Both the position numbers and the translations under genes were made by a program. Source: a virus. From it: a stretch of DNA of 64,000 nucleotides. Location: IMG/VR virus record IMGVR_UViG_3300042546_000155; one strand, written 5' to 3'. Positions 18,049-28,311 of this stretch are shown piece after piece. The notes under the pieces were generated by a model that was given only the letters and a program-made list of their open reading frames with translations, was not told the origin of the DNA and searched no databases. Numbering within the stretch: position 1 is the stretch's first letter; each line of letters begins with the position of its first letter.

Positions 18049-19706
18049 CGAATCTTTTTCAGTAAGAAACTGGCTTCTGGCAAGACATTCTCCATAAAAT
18101 AAGTTGCGGTAGTATGTCTTGCTTTGTCGTCGGTTGCCAAACAAATACGAATATGCGCCAATCCTAACAAAACCAATCCAAACATTTTCATATATGGATA
18201 ACTTGCTGCACCAGCATCATTAGGATTCTTCATACCATTTGCTGCTAACCATTCAGTTGCTTGCTTTAGTTCGCTTACGGCTTGTGTCATTGGCTGAACG
18301 ATATGGTTGATATCGTGTTCATAAGAACTTGTTAGGAATGTTTCAGTATCTTTGAAGAAAGTCATAATAGCACGACCCATGTTCTTTGGCAACTTACGAC
18401 CAACAAGATCAAGAGCCTGAATACCATTAGCACCTTCATAGATCATGGCAATACGGGCATCACGGACAATCTGTTCCATGCCATTGTCACGGACATAACC
18501 ATGACCGCCCCATACTTGCTGCATCTTGATAGCGTTCTCAACACCATAATCAGTAACAACACCTTTGAGAACTGGAGTCATAAGACCAAGACGATCTTCC
18601 GCTTCTTCTCCACCCTTATCAACTAATGTGGCTGCTTCTAATACTAATAGACGGGCAGCTTCATTAATGCTGCGAACATCCATAAGCATACGCCTAATAT
18701 CAGGATGTGAAAGAATAGCGACACTAGGACCGCTAAGAGCGACGGCACTCTTACTCTGGATTCTGTCTTTGGCATATTGTAAGGCATTTTGAAACGCTAA
18801 CTCCGATTGTGATAGACCATGAATAGCACAGCCTAATCTAAGTTCATTCATCATAATAAACATGCCCTGGAGACCACGGCATCTTTCACCGATTAGGAAT
18901 CCTGTAGCACCATCAAAGTTCATAACACAAGTTGGTGAACCATGAATACCCATCTTAGATTCAATAGAACCACAAGATACTTTGTTGCGTGACATATCAG
19001 GAAGAATCTTTGGCACAGCAAACAAACTAATACCTTTGACACCTTCTGGGTCGCCTGCCGCACGGGCGAGGACGAGGTGAAGAATGTTCTTTGTTAGATC
19101 ATGTTCACCACCAGAAATAAAAATCTTCTGGCCAGTAATCTCATATGATCCATTCTGTTTATCTACTGCTTTAGTCTTGAGCAAACCAAGGTCAGTGCCG
19201 CAATGTGGTTCAGTAAGACACATTGTTCCTGTCCATTCACCACGCACCATTGGTGGAATGAATGTTTCTTTCTGTGCATCTGAACCAGAAACTAGTAGTG
19301 TTTGTATCGCTCCACGAGTAATGCCAGCAAAAAGAGACCAAGCCATGTTAGATGAGGATACAAATTCGTTTGCAGCAACCGCAAGTGTAAACGGCATACC
19401 TTGGCCGCCAAATCTTTCCGGAACTGATAGACCAATCCAACCTCCCTCTGCAAACTGTTTGTATGGTCCGTGGAAACATTCAGGCACATGAACACTCAAT
19501 GGTTCTACTGGTTCTGTAAAAGGAAACATAGGTGTTTTTTGTGAAAGTTTGCAACCTCTCCAATCACCTTCTTGATTAGTTGGTGCAATAGTTTCTTCTG
19601 ATAATTTTGCAATCTCTGTTAGGATTGGCTCTGTTAACTCGTTATCAAACTTTAGAACATCACGAAGAAGGAACAGGGTGGAATCTACTGGTGCTTTATA
19701 CTTCAT
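18003..19706 (-). CDS. acyl-CoA dehydrogenase (long proteobacterial type)
   Basis: GTMCLTEPHCGTDLG, GQKIFISGGEHD, KMGIHGSPTC, GGHGY, IYEGANGIQALDL. Confidence 0.93.
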   Translation of the reverse strand: MKYKAPVDSTLFLLRDVLKFDNELTEPILTEIAKLSEETIAPTNQEGDWRGCKLSQKTPMFPFTEPVEPLSVHVPECFHGPYKQFAEGGWIGLSVPERFGGQGMPFTLAVAANEFVSSSNMAWSLFAGITRGAIQTLLVSGSDAQKETFIPPMVRGEWTGTMCLTEPHCGTDLGLLKTKAVDKQNGSYEITGQKIFISGGEHDLTKNILHLVLARAAGDPEGVKGISLFAVPKILPDMSRNKVSCGSIESKMGIHGSPTCVMNFDGATGFLIGERCRGLQGMFIMMNELRLGCAIHGLSQSELAFQNALQYAKDRIQSKSAVALSGPSVAILSHPDIRRMLMDVRSINEAARLLVLEAATLVDKGGEEAEDRLGLMTPVLKGVVTDYGVENAIKMQQVWGGHGYVRDNGMEQIVRDARIAMIYEGANGIQALDLVGRKLPKNMGRAIMTFFKDTETFLTSSYEHDINHIVQPMTQAVSELKQATEWLAANGMKNPNDAGAASYPYMKMFGLVLLGLAHIRICLATDDKARHTTATYFMENVLPEASFLLKKIRQGSQTMMALTPDEF

Positions 19707-19855
19707 GTTTTGATCCTTCCTTTGCTTCTCTTTCTTCTAGTTCGATCATCCATTGCTTGACCTTATGTAACATATTATGTTCAACAGGTCTTTCGGATGA
19801 ATAGTGAACATTAAATGCCAAACTAGCATCTATCAAACCTTTTAGTTCTTGCCAC

Positions 19856-20800
19856 TTATCCATTCTTCATCGACTCCAATATGTCGTCTAGTGTATATTG
19901 CGGAGTAAAGTTCAACATCATTTTTATCTTGTCTGTATTAGCAACAAGGTAAGCAACATCACCTTCTCTGCGTTCCTTATACTCAATAGTCATTTCACCA
20001 TTATGAATGATTTCATTGGCTTTGTCAACTATTTCTTTTACTGTATATCCTTTGCCTGAACCAACATTAAGAACATCATTAGTCCTCATTGCCATTCCGC
20101 TCATATGCTTATAGGAAAGTAAATGTGCTTTACAGATATCAATCACATGAACATAATCACGAATACAGGTACCGTCTCTAGTTGGCCAATCATTACCGTA
20201 GATTGTGGCAGTCTTGCTTCGGGCAAGAAGTGGAATCAGGTGAGTTTCAGGATCATGTTCCTCATACAAACCTGCTTCTACATTTCTACCACATGCATTG
20301 AAATAGCGAAGGCACATAACATTCATTTGATAAACACTGGCAAGAATTTCTTCCACCACTTGCTTAGTATGTCCATAAACAGATAGAGCATTCATTGGTC
20401 GGTTCTCGTTAAGATGACCAAACATACTATCATGGCTTTCACCATATACCGCAGCAGTTGATGAAAAGATAAAGTTCTCTGCTCTTTCTACTATTGCCCG
20501 GTCAATGAGCCTAATACTCCCCACCAGATTGTTTTGGTGGTACATAAAGGGTTCTCGCATACTTTCTTCGACACTTGTGTAGGCGGCGAAGTGAAAGATG
20601 GCGTCCGCTCTCGCAGGAAGATTAATGGTATCGCTAACCAAATCAGTATTATGATAAAAATCATAAAGAGACCTAAGATGTTGCTTTTCATGTTTATCTA
20701 TTCCATGTATGATGCAATCGGGATATGTCTTTCTCAATTCATAGCACATATGACTGCCAATATATCCATTACAGCCTGTGACTACGAATGTTTTAGACAT
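19856..20800 (-). CDS. galE: UDP-glucose 4-epimerase
   Basis: TGCNGYIGSH, HFAA, FSSTAAVYG, YGHTK, LRYFNACG, DGTCIRDYVHV. Confidence 0.9.
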   Translation of the reverse strand: MSKTFVVTGCNGYIGSHMCYELRKTYPDCIIHGIDKHEKQHLRSLYDFYHNTDLVSDTINLPARADAIFHFAAYTSVEESMREPFMYHQNNLVGSIRLIDRAIVERAENFIFSSTAAVYGESHDSMFGHLNENRPMNALSVYGHTKQVVEEILASVYQMNVMCLRYFNACGRNVEAGLYEEHDPETHLIPLLARSKTATIYGNDWPTRDGTCIRDYVHVIDICKAHLLSYKHMSGMAMRTNDVLNVGSGKGYTVKEIVDKANEIIHNGEMTIEYKERREGDVAYLVANTDKIKMMLNFTPQYTLDDILESMKNG

Positions 20801-21791
20801 GCTTGCTCTCCACAATATACTTTAGGCACATACGAACGGAGTCATCAACTTTCATCTTGGCTTCCCAACCAAGCTGTTCTTTGGCCTTGTCAACATTAGG
20901 GATACGAACCTTAACATCGTTCTCATACTCACCGACAGTTTCGTAAAGAGGATAGTAAGGTGTGAATAGCTGATATTCATTAGCAGCAACATCAATGATC
21001 TTTTCTGCTAGAACACGCATTGAGATTGGTTCTGGATTGCCTAGATTGTAAGTCTCATTGTCTGTCTTCTCCAAGAAGGAGTAATCTGCAATTGCCTGTG
21101 CTACTTCGTCAATCCATGTAAAGCAACGAACCTGTAGACCGTCGCCAATGATTGGAAGAGGCTTCTTCTTTTCGATTACGATGTTCTTAATGTAGTCGGC
21201 AAAAACATGAGAGATACCAACTTCCTCATCTTCGCTCTTTTCATATGGGGTGATGATGTTGAATGGACGCCAGATGGTGTATTTTAGACCATGCTGCTTA
21301 AAGTATGCTCTTGATACTCTTTCACCAACAAACTTAGATAGACCATAATCGGTTGATGGTGCTGGATACTGTTCAACAATATCTTCCGCAACTGGCTCAC
21401 CGATAACCTGTGGGCAGTTCTCATAGACCATAGAAGACGAAATATAAACTACCTTCTTAACATTGTGTGCAACGGCAGCACGAAGGACATTATCGTGTAG
21501 AGTAATGTCCTTATACATTTCACCGCAATACTTATTGAAGCCACCTACACCATAGATTGTAGCAGCGGCCTGAATGATATAGTCTGGCTTTACCTGTTCA
21601 ACAAGCCTATTAACACTAATACCATCTGTAAGATCACACTTGATAAAAGTATAATCTGTACCAGCATGTCCTAGGCGTTCACCATAACGGGCAAGGTTAT
21701 CAACACCATAAACAACATACTTCTTCTTTAGTAGCAGCGGGATAACCGCCTGCATTAGTGAGCCTTCACTTCCTGTAACCAAAATCTTCAT
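20793..21791 (-). CDS. NAD-dependent sugar epimerase/dehydratase (extended SDR)
   Basis: ILVTGSEG, SSSMVY, YGLSK, RPFN, GDGLQVRCFTWI. Confidence 0.88.
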   Translation of the reverse strand: MKILVTGSEGSLMQAVIPLLLKKKYVVYGVDNLARYGERLGHAGTDYTFIKCDLTDGISVNRLVEQVKPDYIIQAAATIYGVGGFNKYCGEMYKDITLHDNVLRAAVAHNVKKVVYISSSMVYENCPQVIGEPVAEDIVEQYPAPSTDYGLSKFVGERVSRAYFKQHGLKYTIWRPFNIITPYEKSEDEEVGISHVFADYIKNIVIEKKKPLPIIGDGLQVRCFTWIDEVAQAIADYSFLEKTDNETYNLGNPEPISMRVLAEKIIDVAANEYQLFTPYYPLYETVGEYENDVKVRIPNVDKAKEQLGWEAKMKVDDSVRMCLKYIVESKHV

Positions 21792-23032
21792 AGCATATCT
21801 CCAACTTTATAAATGCCCGTATTACTTAGTTTACTTTCTGGGAACATTTTCCAAATATCAGCAACGACACAATGATGTTTAAATCTAGTGATCTTATAAC
21901 CCATTTTATCAGGGTCTGTAAAATCATCATGTGGCGTCATAACGATTACAGCATCAAACTTATTCTCTGCCGGAATGTTCATGTCTTCGATATGTAGGGG
22001 ATCTACAATCCATGCATCAACACCATGCTTTCTACAAACCTTCTTCATCTTGAATGATAGACTGTTACGAGTATCATCACAGCCCTTCTTAAAGGTAGCA
22101 CCTAGAATAAGAACCTTCTCTACCTCAGGGTTGATTTCTTTGATACGGTTAAAGACATAATCTGGCATGCCTTCATTGATAAGGAAGCTAGTTTGAATAA
22201 GGTCGCCGAAAGGAATATCAGAAAGAAGAAAGCGACCGTCCTTGAAAAGGCAAGGGCCTCCGACATTAGGTCCAGGATGAGGCACATCCATTCTCGGGTA
22301 ATCGAAATTACATGCGTCGATAACTTTGTCAATGTTCACTCCATGCTTTTCACCAATCATCCACATTTCATTGGCAAACGCAAAGGTAACATAACGATAC
22401 ATGTTAGTCATCAACTTGCCAAGTTCTGCCTCACGAGGAGTCAGTTGGAAGATTTCATTGTTAATAAAGGATCTAAAAAAGTTTTTAGCAACCCTAAACG
22501 AAAAATCATTGAATGCACCCACGATCTGTGGCAACTTAGTCGTTTCAATGATTGACTTGCCCTGAACAACACGCTCAGGACAAAACACTAGATAATAATC
22601 GATACCCTCAATCCATCCATGCTTCTGAAAGTGCTTACGAAGAACCTCAGTTGTGCCTGGTGATACAGTTGATCTTAGAACAATCAACTGGTGTTTCTTC
22701 ATACGAGAAACAAGATTATCGTCAATAAAATTAAAAAGATCATCAAGTCTTGCATTGCCTTCTCCATCTACCGGTGTGCCAATCATGATAGCAACCACAT
22801 CAGCATCTTGAATGAAGTCAAAGTCTGTAGAAAACAGTAGTCGCTCTTTCTGTAAATTGTCTCTTAGAATATCAGCAGCACCTTCTTCAATATATGGTAC
22901 AATACCTTTGTTGAGCATATCGACCGCTGCCTGGTTAACATCAATACCATAAACTGTATGTCCTGCTTCTGCTAGAACACAAGAGAATGGAAAGCCAACA
23001 TGTCCACCTGCGCCAATAACTGCTACCTTCAT
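21788..23032 (-). CDS. nucleotide-sugar dehydrogenase (UDP-glucose/UDP-ManNAc dehydrogenase family)
   Basis: VIGAGGHVG, RSTVSPGTT, CPERV, GPNVGGPCL catalytic Cys, FKKGCDDTRNS. Confidence 0.9.
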   Translation of the reverse strand: MKVAVIGAGGHVGFPFSCVLAEAGHTVYGIDVNQAAVDMLNKGIVPYIEEGAADILRDNLQKERLLFSTDFDFIQDADVVAIMIGTPVDGEGNARLDDLFNFIDDNLVSRMKKHQLIVLRSTVSPGTTEVLRKHFQKHGWIEGIDYYLVFCPERVVQGKSIIETTKLPQIVGAFNDFSFRVAKNFFRSFINNEIFQLTPREAELGKLMTNMYRYVTFAFANEMWMIGEKHGVNIDKVIDACNFDYPRMDVPHPGPNVGGPCLFKDGRFLLSDIPFGDLIQTSFLINEGMPDYVFNRIKEINPEVEKVLILGATFKKGCDDTRNSLSFKMKKVCRKHGVDAWIVDPLHIEDMNIPAENKFDAVIVMTPHDDFTDPDKMGYKITRFKHHCVVADIWKMFPESKLSNTGIYKVGDML

Positions 23033-23796
23033 GCGTATAATCTCCTTGGTGTAATTGTAAAAGCAGGATTATCTTTTACGCCTTCAACATTAAACATCTT
23101 AGTATCCTTTAGATGCGTCACCCACTGTTCATCCTTATAACGAAGTGGACAATACTTCAACCATTGATCGGTAGCATTTGCTTGAACAAGGTGCCACCAA
23201 TCATTCGTTTCAGGATCGGGAAGCCTTCTTATATGGGAAGACTTAGCCCACCAAAAGTTTCCGCTATAATGCGGTATCGGATCATTGCTATAGTTTACAC
23301 CAGATACATCATACTTGTCAAGCCTTTTTACGCATTCCTCCCACTTCTCTAGAACACCCCAATTAAGGTATTGCCTCCAATAAACACTTCGCTTGAAAGC
23401 CTTCATATCAGAATTGTTTAGGAGCTTATCCGTTCCTGTAATTGCCTTAGAGTGGAAATACAGGACATTGAAATCACCTCTTTGACATTCTTGCCACAAC
23501 CGTTTCAATGTAATGACTTCGGTTGTTGATGTGGATTCTATCAGTGATAGCATGTCGCAATCATTCTTGTGTGAATTGTTTACGAAATGGATTTCTAGAT
23601 TGTTGAAGTTGTATGATTCGCATAGTTCTTTAAAATAATGTGTGCGTCTATCATCCTGCGTTATGGCAGTAATGATGAAGCGGTCTAGGTTTTCCACTAG
23701 ACCACTATCTTCCATTATCTTAAACTGCTCCATAACAACAGACAACCATATGGCGGGATTGTCTGTTAGATATGTGTGATAATATCCTATGTTCAT
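23029..23796 (-). CDS. putative glycosyltransferase-like protein
   Basis: LYFHSK...HYSGNFWWA pattern; location in the sugar cluster. Confidence 0.5.
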   Translation of the reverse strand: MNIGYYHTYLTDNPAIWLSVVMEQFKIMEDSGLVENLDRFIITAITQDDRRTHYFKELCESYNFNNLEIHFVNNSHKNDCDMLSLIESTSTTEVITLKRLWQECQRGDFNVLYFHSKAITGTDKLLNNSDMKAFKRSVYWRQYLNWGVLEKWEECVKRLDKYDVSGVNYSNDPIPHYSGNFWWAKSSHIRRLPDPETNDWWHLVQANATDQWLKYCPLRYKDEQWVTHLKDTKMFNVEGVKDNPAFTITPRRLYA

Positions 23797-25007
23797 TCTA
23801 CAATTTCAAATGTTGGGAAGTACCGAACAAAGATATCCTTGTGTGTATGTGCAGGTCTAACAGACTTGACCTTCTTAACAATCTCATCATAGAAATTCCA
23901 TGCGAGAGGAATGAAGCAAACAGGCTGCTTCTCAAAGTAGTTAAGAGTTAGATAGTTCAAAGGATAGATTGGTGCTGCTACGCCAGGCGTGAACTTCAAT
24001 TGCTTTAGAGGATTTTCATCAATGATGAAATCAGGCTTCTCATTAGCAAAGTTCAATAGTGTGTTACCCTTTGCTGCTGCTCCAAACCCAACAACAGGAA
24101 TGCCACGATCACGATACAAACGAATTGTTCTCGCAAACAACTCCGCTACCTTATAGCACTTTTCGGCATACTCTGTATATGTCTTAGGATCATATAGACC
24201 AAGTTTTGCTTCTTCATCAATAAGGTTCTTAACTTTTTGACTGAATGTCATATCTTTTGAAATGACAAAGATGTAACTTGTGCCGTGAATAGGATGCTTT
24301 AGAACATCAATCAAGTTTAAACCAGCACGACGACATAGAGCCTGTGCCGAATAGATATTATAGAATGATACATGCTCATGGTAAATCGTATCAAACTCAC
24401 CATTTAGAATCATGTCTGCCTGTGATGTGGTGCAGAAGATTAGTCCATCATTACTCAGTCTATCACGAGCATGTTTCAATAGTTCTAACTGATTAGCATT
24501 ATGAGCGAAGGCATTCATACAAGTAATGATATCAAACTTGATACCTGGATATTCTTGTCCTGTGAAGAAACCACAATGAACATTATGATTCTTAGAAGAA
24601 ACAGGATACAAGTTCTCAGCAGGATCGACACCATATGTTGTTGCGCCAGTTCCACCCCATGCATTTAGAAATGAACCATCGTTACAACCAATGTCTAATA
24701 CCGTCCTTGGAGTCGATCCTTTGATCTTAACGATCTGATCAACGAACCAATCAAAGTAATCTAGTTGCGTCTTAGCTGTTCCAGACACATAGGCATAGTC
24801 CTTGAACATAAGTTCTGGATTGACCTGATGCGTCAATTGCACATGATAACAATGTGTGCATCTATTGATAGCAAGAGGGAATGTCTGTTCGGGATCATTC
24901 TCATGATCCTTATATGAATTGGCAAGGGGTTGATGCCCTAGATCCAATACAGGAACTAGAGCATCAGAGCCACAAGCAATGCAATGTGTGATAGGTGTGC
25001 AATCCAT
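23793..25007 (-). CDS. NDP-hexose C-methyltransferase
   Basis: CIACG...CTHC zinc domain, LDIGCNDGSFL, FDTIYHEH, GAAAKGNTLLN, LAWNF. Confidence 0.88.
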   Translation of the reverse strand: MDCTPITHCIACGSDALVPVLDLGHQPLANSYKDHENDPEQTFPLAINRCTHCYHVQLTHQVNPELMFKDYAYVSGTAKTQLDYFDWFVDQIVKIKGSTPRTVLDIGCNDGSFLNAWGGTGATTYGVDPAENLYPVSSKNHNVHCGFFTGQEYPGIKFDIITCMNAFAHNANQLELLKHARDRLSNDGLIFCTTSQADMILNGEFDTIYHEHVSFYNIYSAQALCRRAGLNLIDVLKHPIHGTSYIFVISKDMTFSQKVKNLIDEEAKLGLYDPKTYTEYAEKCYKVAELFARTIRLYRDRGIPVVGFGAAAKGNTLLNFANEKPDFIIDENPLKQLKFTPGVAAPIYPLNYLTLNYFEKQPVCFIPLAWNFYDEIVKKVKSVRPAHTHKDIFVRYFPTFEIVE

Positions 25008-25008
25008 A

Positions 25009-26046
25009 TTACTCTCCCAACCAACGTGGATTATCTAGATACCACTTAGTTACTTCTTCGATTCGTTGCGAAAGAGCGATCTTAGGCTCCCAACCAAGAC
25101 TGCGCATAAGCTCACCAGAAAGAGCATAGCGAAGATCATGACCGGGCCTGCTACTGTGAAAGTCAACCATTTCATAATTAAGTTCCTTACCCTGGGATTT
25201 AGCGATCATCTTAGCGAGTGTTAGATTATCAATCTCTTCCTTGCCTACGATGTTAAACTTGGCACACATTGGCTGATTGAAAATCTTATGTGGCGATTCA
25301 GGCTTCTTTGTAATGAGGAAGTGAATAGCATCGGCAACATCACGAGCATGAATGTAGAAACGAGAACCAGCCTCAGTCTTTTCTGCATTAGAGTGAATAT
25401 AAATCTTCTCACCCTTACGAACTCGATTGATACAAAGAGGAATGAACTTCTCTGGTGTCTGTCTCTCACCAAACACATTCATTGTATGAGTAATCATCAT
25501 GGGAATCTTGTATGTGTTCTCATATGCTACACATAGTTCCTCGGCTGCTGCCTTAGATGCAGAATAAGGATTGGTTGAGTTATAACGATCATACTCGCCA
25601 TATGCTACGCCAGGAGGTGCTGAACCAAAGATTTCATCGGTAGAGAAATATAGAAATGTCTCTAGTGGCTTCTCTAGCTTACGAGCATACTCCAATAGAT
25701 GGGCAGTTCCCATTGTATTGTCATTGATACATTCTAGAGGGTGTGTAATAGAACGATCAACATGAGAAGAAGCCGCTAGATGCAGAATGATATCCACATC
25801 ACCAATGAAACTAGCAGTAAGAGGATTGATCTCTGCCTTTAGGTCGGAGAATACCGTGCGGATACGCTTGCGTTGCTCTGGCGTCTTTGTATCAAGAACC
25901 TCAGCAATACGGTTTAGATTGCCCGAATAATCTAGGCGATCTAGGGTAATGATATTCCAATCTGTCCTATCAAGTAGAACATCAATAACATGATGGGCAA
26001 TAAATCCGCATCCACCTGTGATCAAAACATTCTTGCTCATATTCAT
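25009..26046 (-). CDS. rmlB: dTDP-glucose 4,6-dehydratase
   Basis: TGGCGFIA, AASSHVDRSI, STDE, PYSASKA, RPGHDLRY. Confidence 0.9.
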   Translation of the reverse strand: MNMSKNVLITGGCGFIAHHVIDVLLDRTDWNIITLDRLDYSGNLNRIAEVLDTKTPEQRKRIRTVFSDLKAEINPLTASFIGDVDIILHLAASSHVDRSITHPLECINDNTMGTAHLLEYARKLEKPLETFLYFSTDEIFGSAPPGVAYGEYDRYNSTNPYSASKAAAEELCVAYENTYKIPMMITHTMNVFGERQTPEKFIPLCINRVRKGEKIYIHSNAEKTEAGSRFYIHARDVADAIHFLITKKPESPHKIFNQPMCAKFNIVGKEEIDNLTLAKMIAKSQGKELNYEMVDFHSSRPGHDLRYALSGELMRSLGWEPKIALSQRIEEVTKWYLDNPRWLGE

Positions 26047-26714
26047 TCCTTATTCAGTGGCGGGAATACTGTTTTCATATTCACCTTGCCAAACTTTTCA
26101 AACACGACTACACTATCATAAAAGTAAACACCTGTCAAGCCTTCACCGATAGCATACTTCTTTTCGAGAACATCTGTGCTGCTTTCCTTCCATGAGTAAT
26201 GTAGCACATCAATGTAATCTTTGGCATATTCAATGAATGTGCCTGGACGATTTAGTCCTCCGCCATTGTAAGGCATATAACTTGTGTGGCAATCTTCGCA
26301 AATGAAGATACTACCAACAGGCATCTTGGGAAAGACTTTTTCGAAGGTAAGGATCTGCTGATCCATAAAGTGTCCACCATCATCAATGAATACATCAATC
26401 TTGGTATGCTTAGTTAGAAAGTCATCCCAAAACTTGGCGTCACCCTGATCACCAATTACAACATCGATATTCTTTTCCTTATACTGTAACTTAGCACATT
26501 CAGTATCAACATCAACACCAGTGATATGCATCTGTGCGCCGAAATAGTTAGACCACATTTCTAGTGATCCGCCTCGCTGCACACCAACTTCTACCATGTT
26601 AAACTTCTTACCGATATAGCGGCTCAAATGTCTTTCGTAAATGTCAAAGTATGGTTCCCACTTATCGGATGAATGTGTCACATTATCAAAACATTTTCTA
26701 AGGGTCGTCATCAT
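26043..26714 (-). CDS. class I SAM-dependent (sugar O-)methyltransferase
   Basis: EVGVQRGGSL, GVD, GDQ, DDGGH, ED motifs. Confidence 0.8.
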   Translation of the reverse strand: MMTTLRKCFDNVTHSSDKWEPYFDIYERHLSRYIGKKFNMVEVGVQRGGSLEMWSNYFGAQMHITGVDVDTECAKLQYKEKNIDVVIGDQGDAKFWDDFLTKHTKIDVFIDDGGHFMDQQILTFEKVFPKMPVGSIFICEDCHTSYMPYNGGGLNRPGTFIEYAKDYIDVLHYSWKESSTDVLEKKYAIGEGLTGVYFYDSVVVFEKFGKVNMKTVFPPLNKE

Positions 26715-26720
26715 AATCTC

Positions 26721-27461
26721 CTAACTAAACTTGTATGCTTTTAATGTCTGTTGAACATCTGAATACTGGTAATCAATACCAAATTCTTCTTTCATATATC
26801 TAGGAAAGAAATCTCTCATGAGATAATCCATTTCATTAAATGCGGCAGTCTTATCATACATGCTACTTTCTGGAACCATATGTCTAGCAGTTGAGGCATG
26901 AACGACATGGGCAGTTGCTTGTAGGTAATAACAAAGAACTTTATCAATTCCCCAACTTGCTTCCCAGTTGAGTGTATCTTTACTATAGTCTTCGATGAAA
27001 CGAATCACCTTACGAAAGATATCATTTCTAAAGAATGGAATACCAATCTCGATAAAGTTCGTTTCAGCAAACACCCATTCAGGATTATGCTTCAAACAAT
27101 CATAAGTCTGAAACGAAGTTGTCGCCTGCTGGAACAAACGAAAGTCAAACTTCCTCGCCAAATCTAATGCGAGATTTACAGACCGAATGTCTGTTACATA
27201 ATCGTCATCCCAGAAGCCGATATAATCATAATCTTCCCACTTGATGATCTTAGACAACTCAGGAAGGATCTTCCACTTGAAGCCTTTATGTTCAACTAGA
27301 AAGTCATATGTGTCGGGCTCCGGCTCAAAATCATTGTAGAGAACAAGACAGGTATCATATGTGCGTTCAGGCTTAGTGTAACGCCAATGATTGTCCTTTT
27401 CATAGTCCTCATGGAAGTATAGAGGGCGGCCTGTGGGGGAAATAATTAATGCTTTATTCAT
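26721..27461 (-). CDS. putative glycosyltransferase (DUF707-like)
   Basis: YDYIGFWDDD, TNFIEIGIPFF, WGID. Confidence 0.65.
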   Translation of the reverse strand: MNKALIISPTGRPLYFHEDYEKDNHWRYTKPERTYDTCLVLYNDFEPEPDTYDFLVEHKGFKWKILPELSKIIKWEDYDYIGFWDDDYVTDIRSVNLALDLARKFDFRLFQQATTSFQTYDCLKHNPEWVFAETNFIEIGIPFFRNDIFRKVIRFIEDYSKDTLNWEASWGIDKVLCYYLQATAHVVHASTARHMVPESSMYDKTAAFNEMDYLMRDFFPRYMKEEFGIDYQYSDVQQTLKAYKFS

Positions 27462-28311
27462 TGATCACACCTTGATATACATTTTGTTCAAACCAGTTTA
27501 GAAAACGGTCTTCGTTAAAGTTTCTTTGATGCTCATCGTCACGAAACATAGGTTGCATATACATTTCGTTGTAAGCATCCTTATTACTATCTAGTTCAAT
27601 TATTTTATTGATAAACTCTAGATCAGATGCATAGTCATAGCGATTGAGAAATGCCTTAGGGTTGAAGTCTAACGCAACAGTCGGTGAACCCCAATAGATT
27701 GGAACAGTCTTGGCACACAAAGCCTCAAATAGTTTCTCTGTGCAATAGCCAGGATACGAACTATTCTCAAAGCAAAGATTGAATCTATAATTGCTCATAA
27801 ACTTAACCTTCTCTACCACATCGGCAGGCGTCCATCCATTCATGTTATTGAATAGAGGACCACCAGCATCGATACGCTTATATCGTGACACTGTATGAAA
27901 GTAGGCGTTACGATATTCGCATCCAGGATTTCTAACAACAAACGAACAAAATTCACTGTTGTCATAATCGTCAACAGTCCTTGTCTCTCTATCTCTTAGT
28001 ATATGATGATCATACTCATAAATCAAATAGAGAGGTAGTCGATACATCTTGTTTGAAACAGGATGATCGAAAGACATAGCAAAGTGGCAATCATAATCGT
28101 GAGGACGCTGGTTCTCACCTGTGTAGAAGATACGAACACAGTTCTTAAATCTTCCATTAGTGTCACCAAAGTTTCTATCACCAAATATGAGATAGTCCGG
28201 GCGCTCATCGTCCCGGACTACATTGTATCGTTTTGACAAAACATCGGTGAAGTAGTTTTTTACTCCATCGATGGTGTCAGCAAATCCTAGTTTTAGTTGC
28301 TTGTCTGAAAT
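27454..28311 (-). CDS. GT10 alpha-1,3-fucosyltransferase-like protein
   Basis: FYTGEN, FCSFVVRN, YRFNLCFENSSYPGYCTEKLFEA...PIYWG; frame open to an ATT at 28311 behind AAGGAG. Confidence 0.85.
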   Translation of the reverse strand: MSDKQLKLGFADTIDGVKNYFTDVLSKRYNVVRDDERPDYLIFGDRNFGDTNGRFKNCVRIFYTGENQRPHDYDCHFAMSFDHPVSNKMYRLPLYLIYEYDHHILRDRETRTVDDYDNSEFCSFVVRNPGCEYRNAYFHTVSRYKRIDAGGPLFNNMNGWTPADVVEKVKFMSNYRFNLCFENSSYPGYCTEKLFEALCAKTVPIYWGSPTVALDFNPKAFLNRYDYASDLEFINKIIELDSNKDAYNEMYMQPMFRDDEHQRNFNEDRFLNWFEQNVYQGVINE

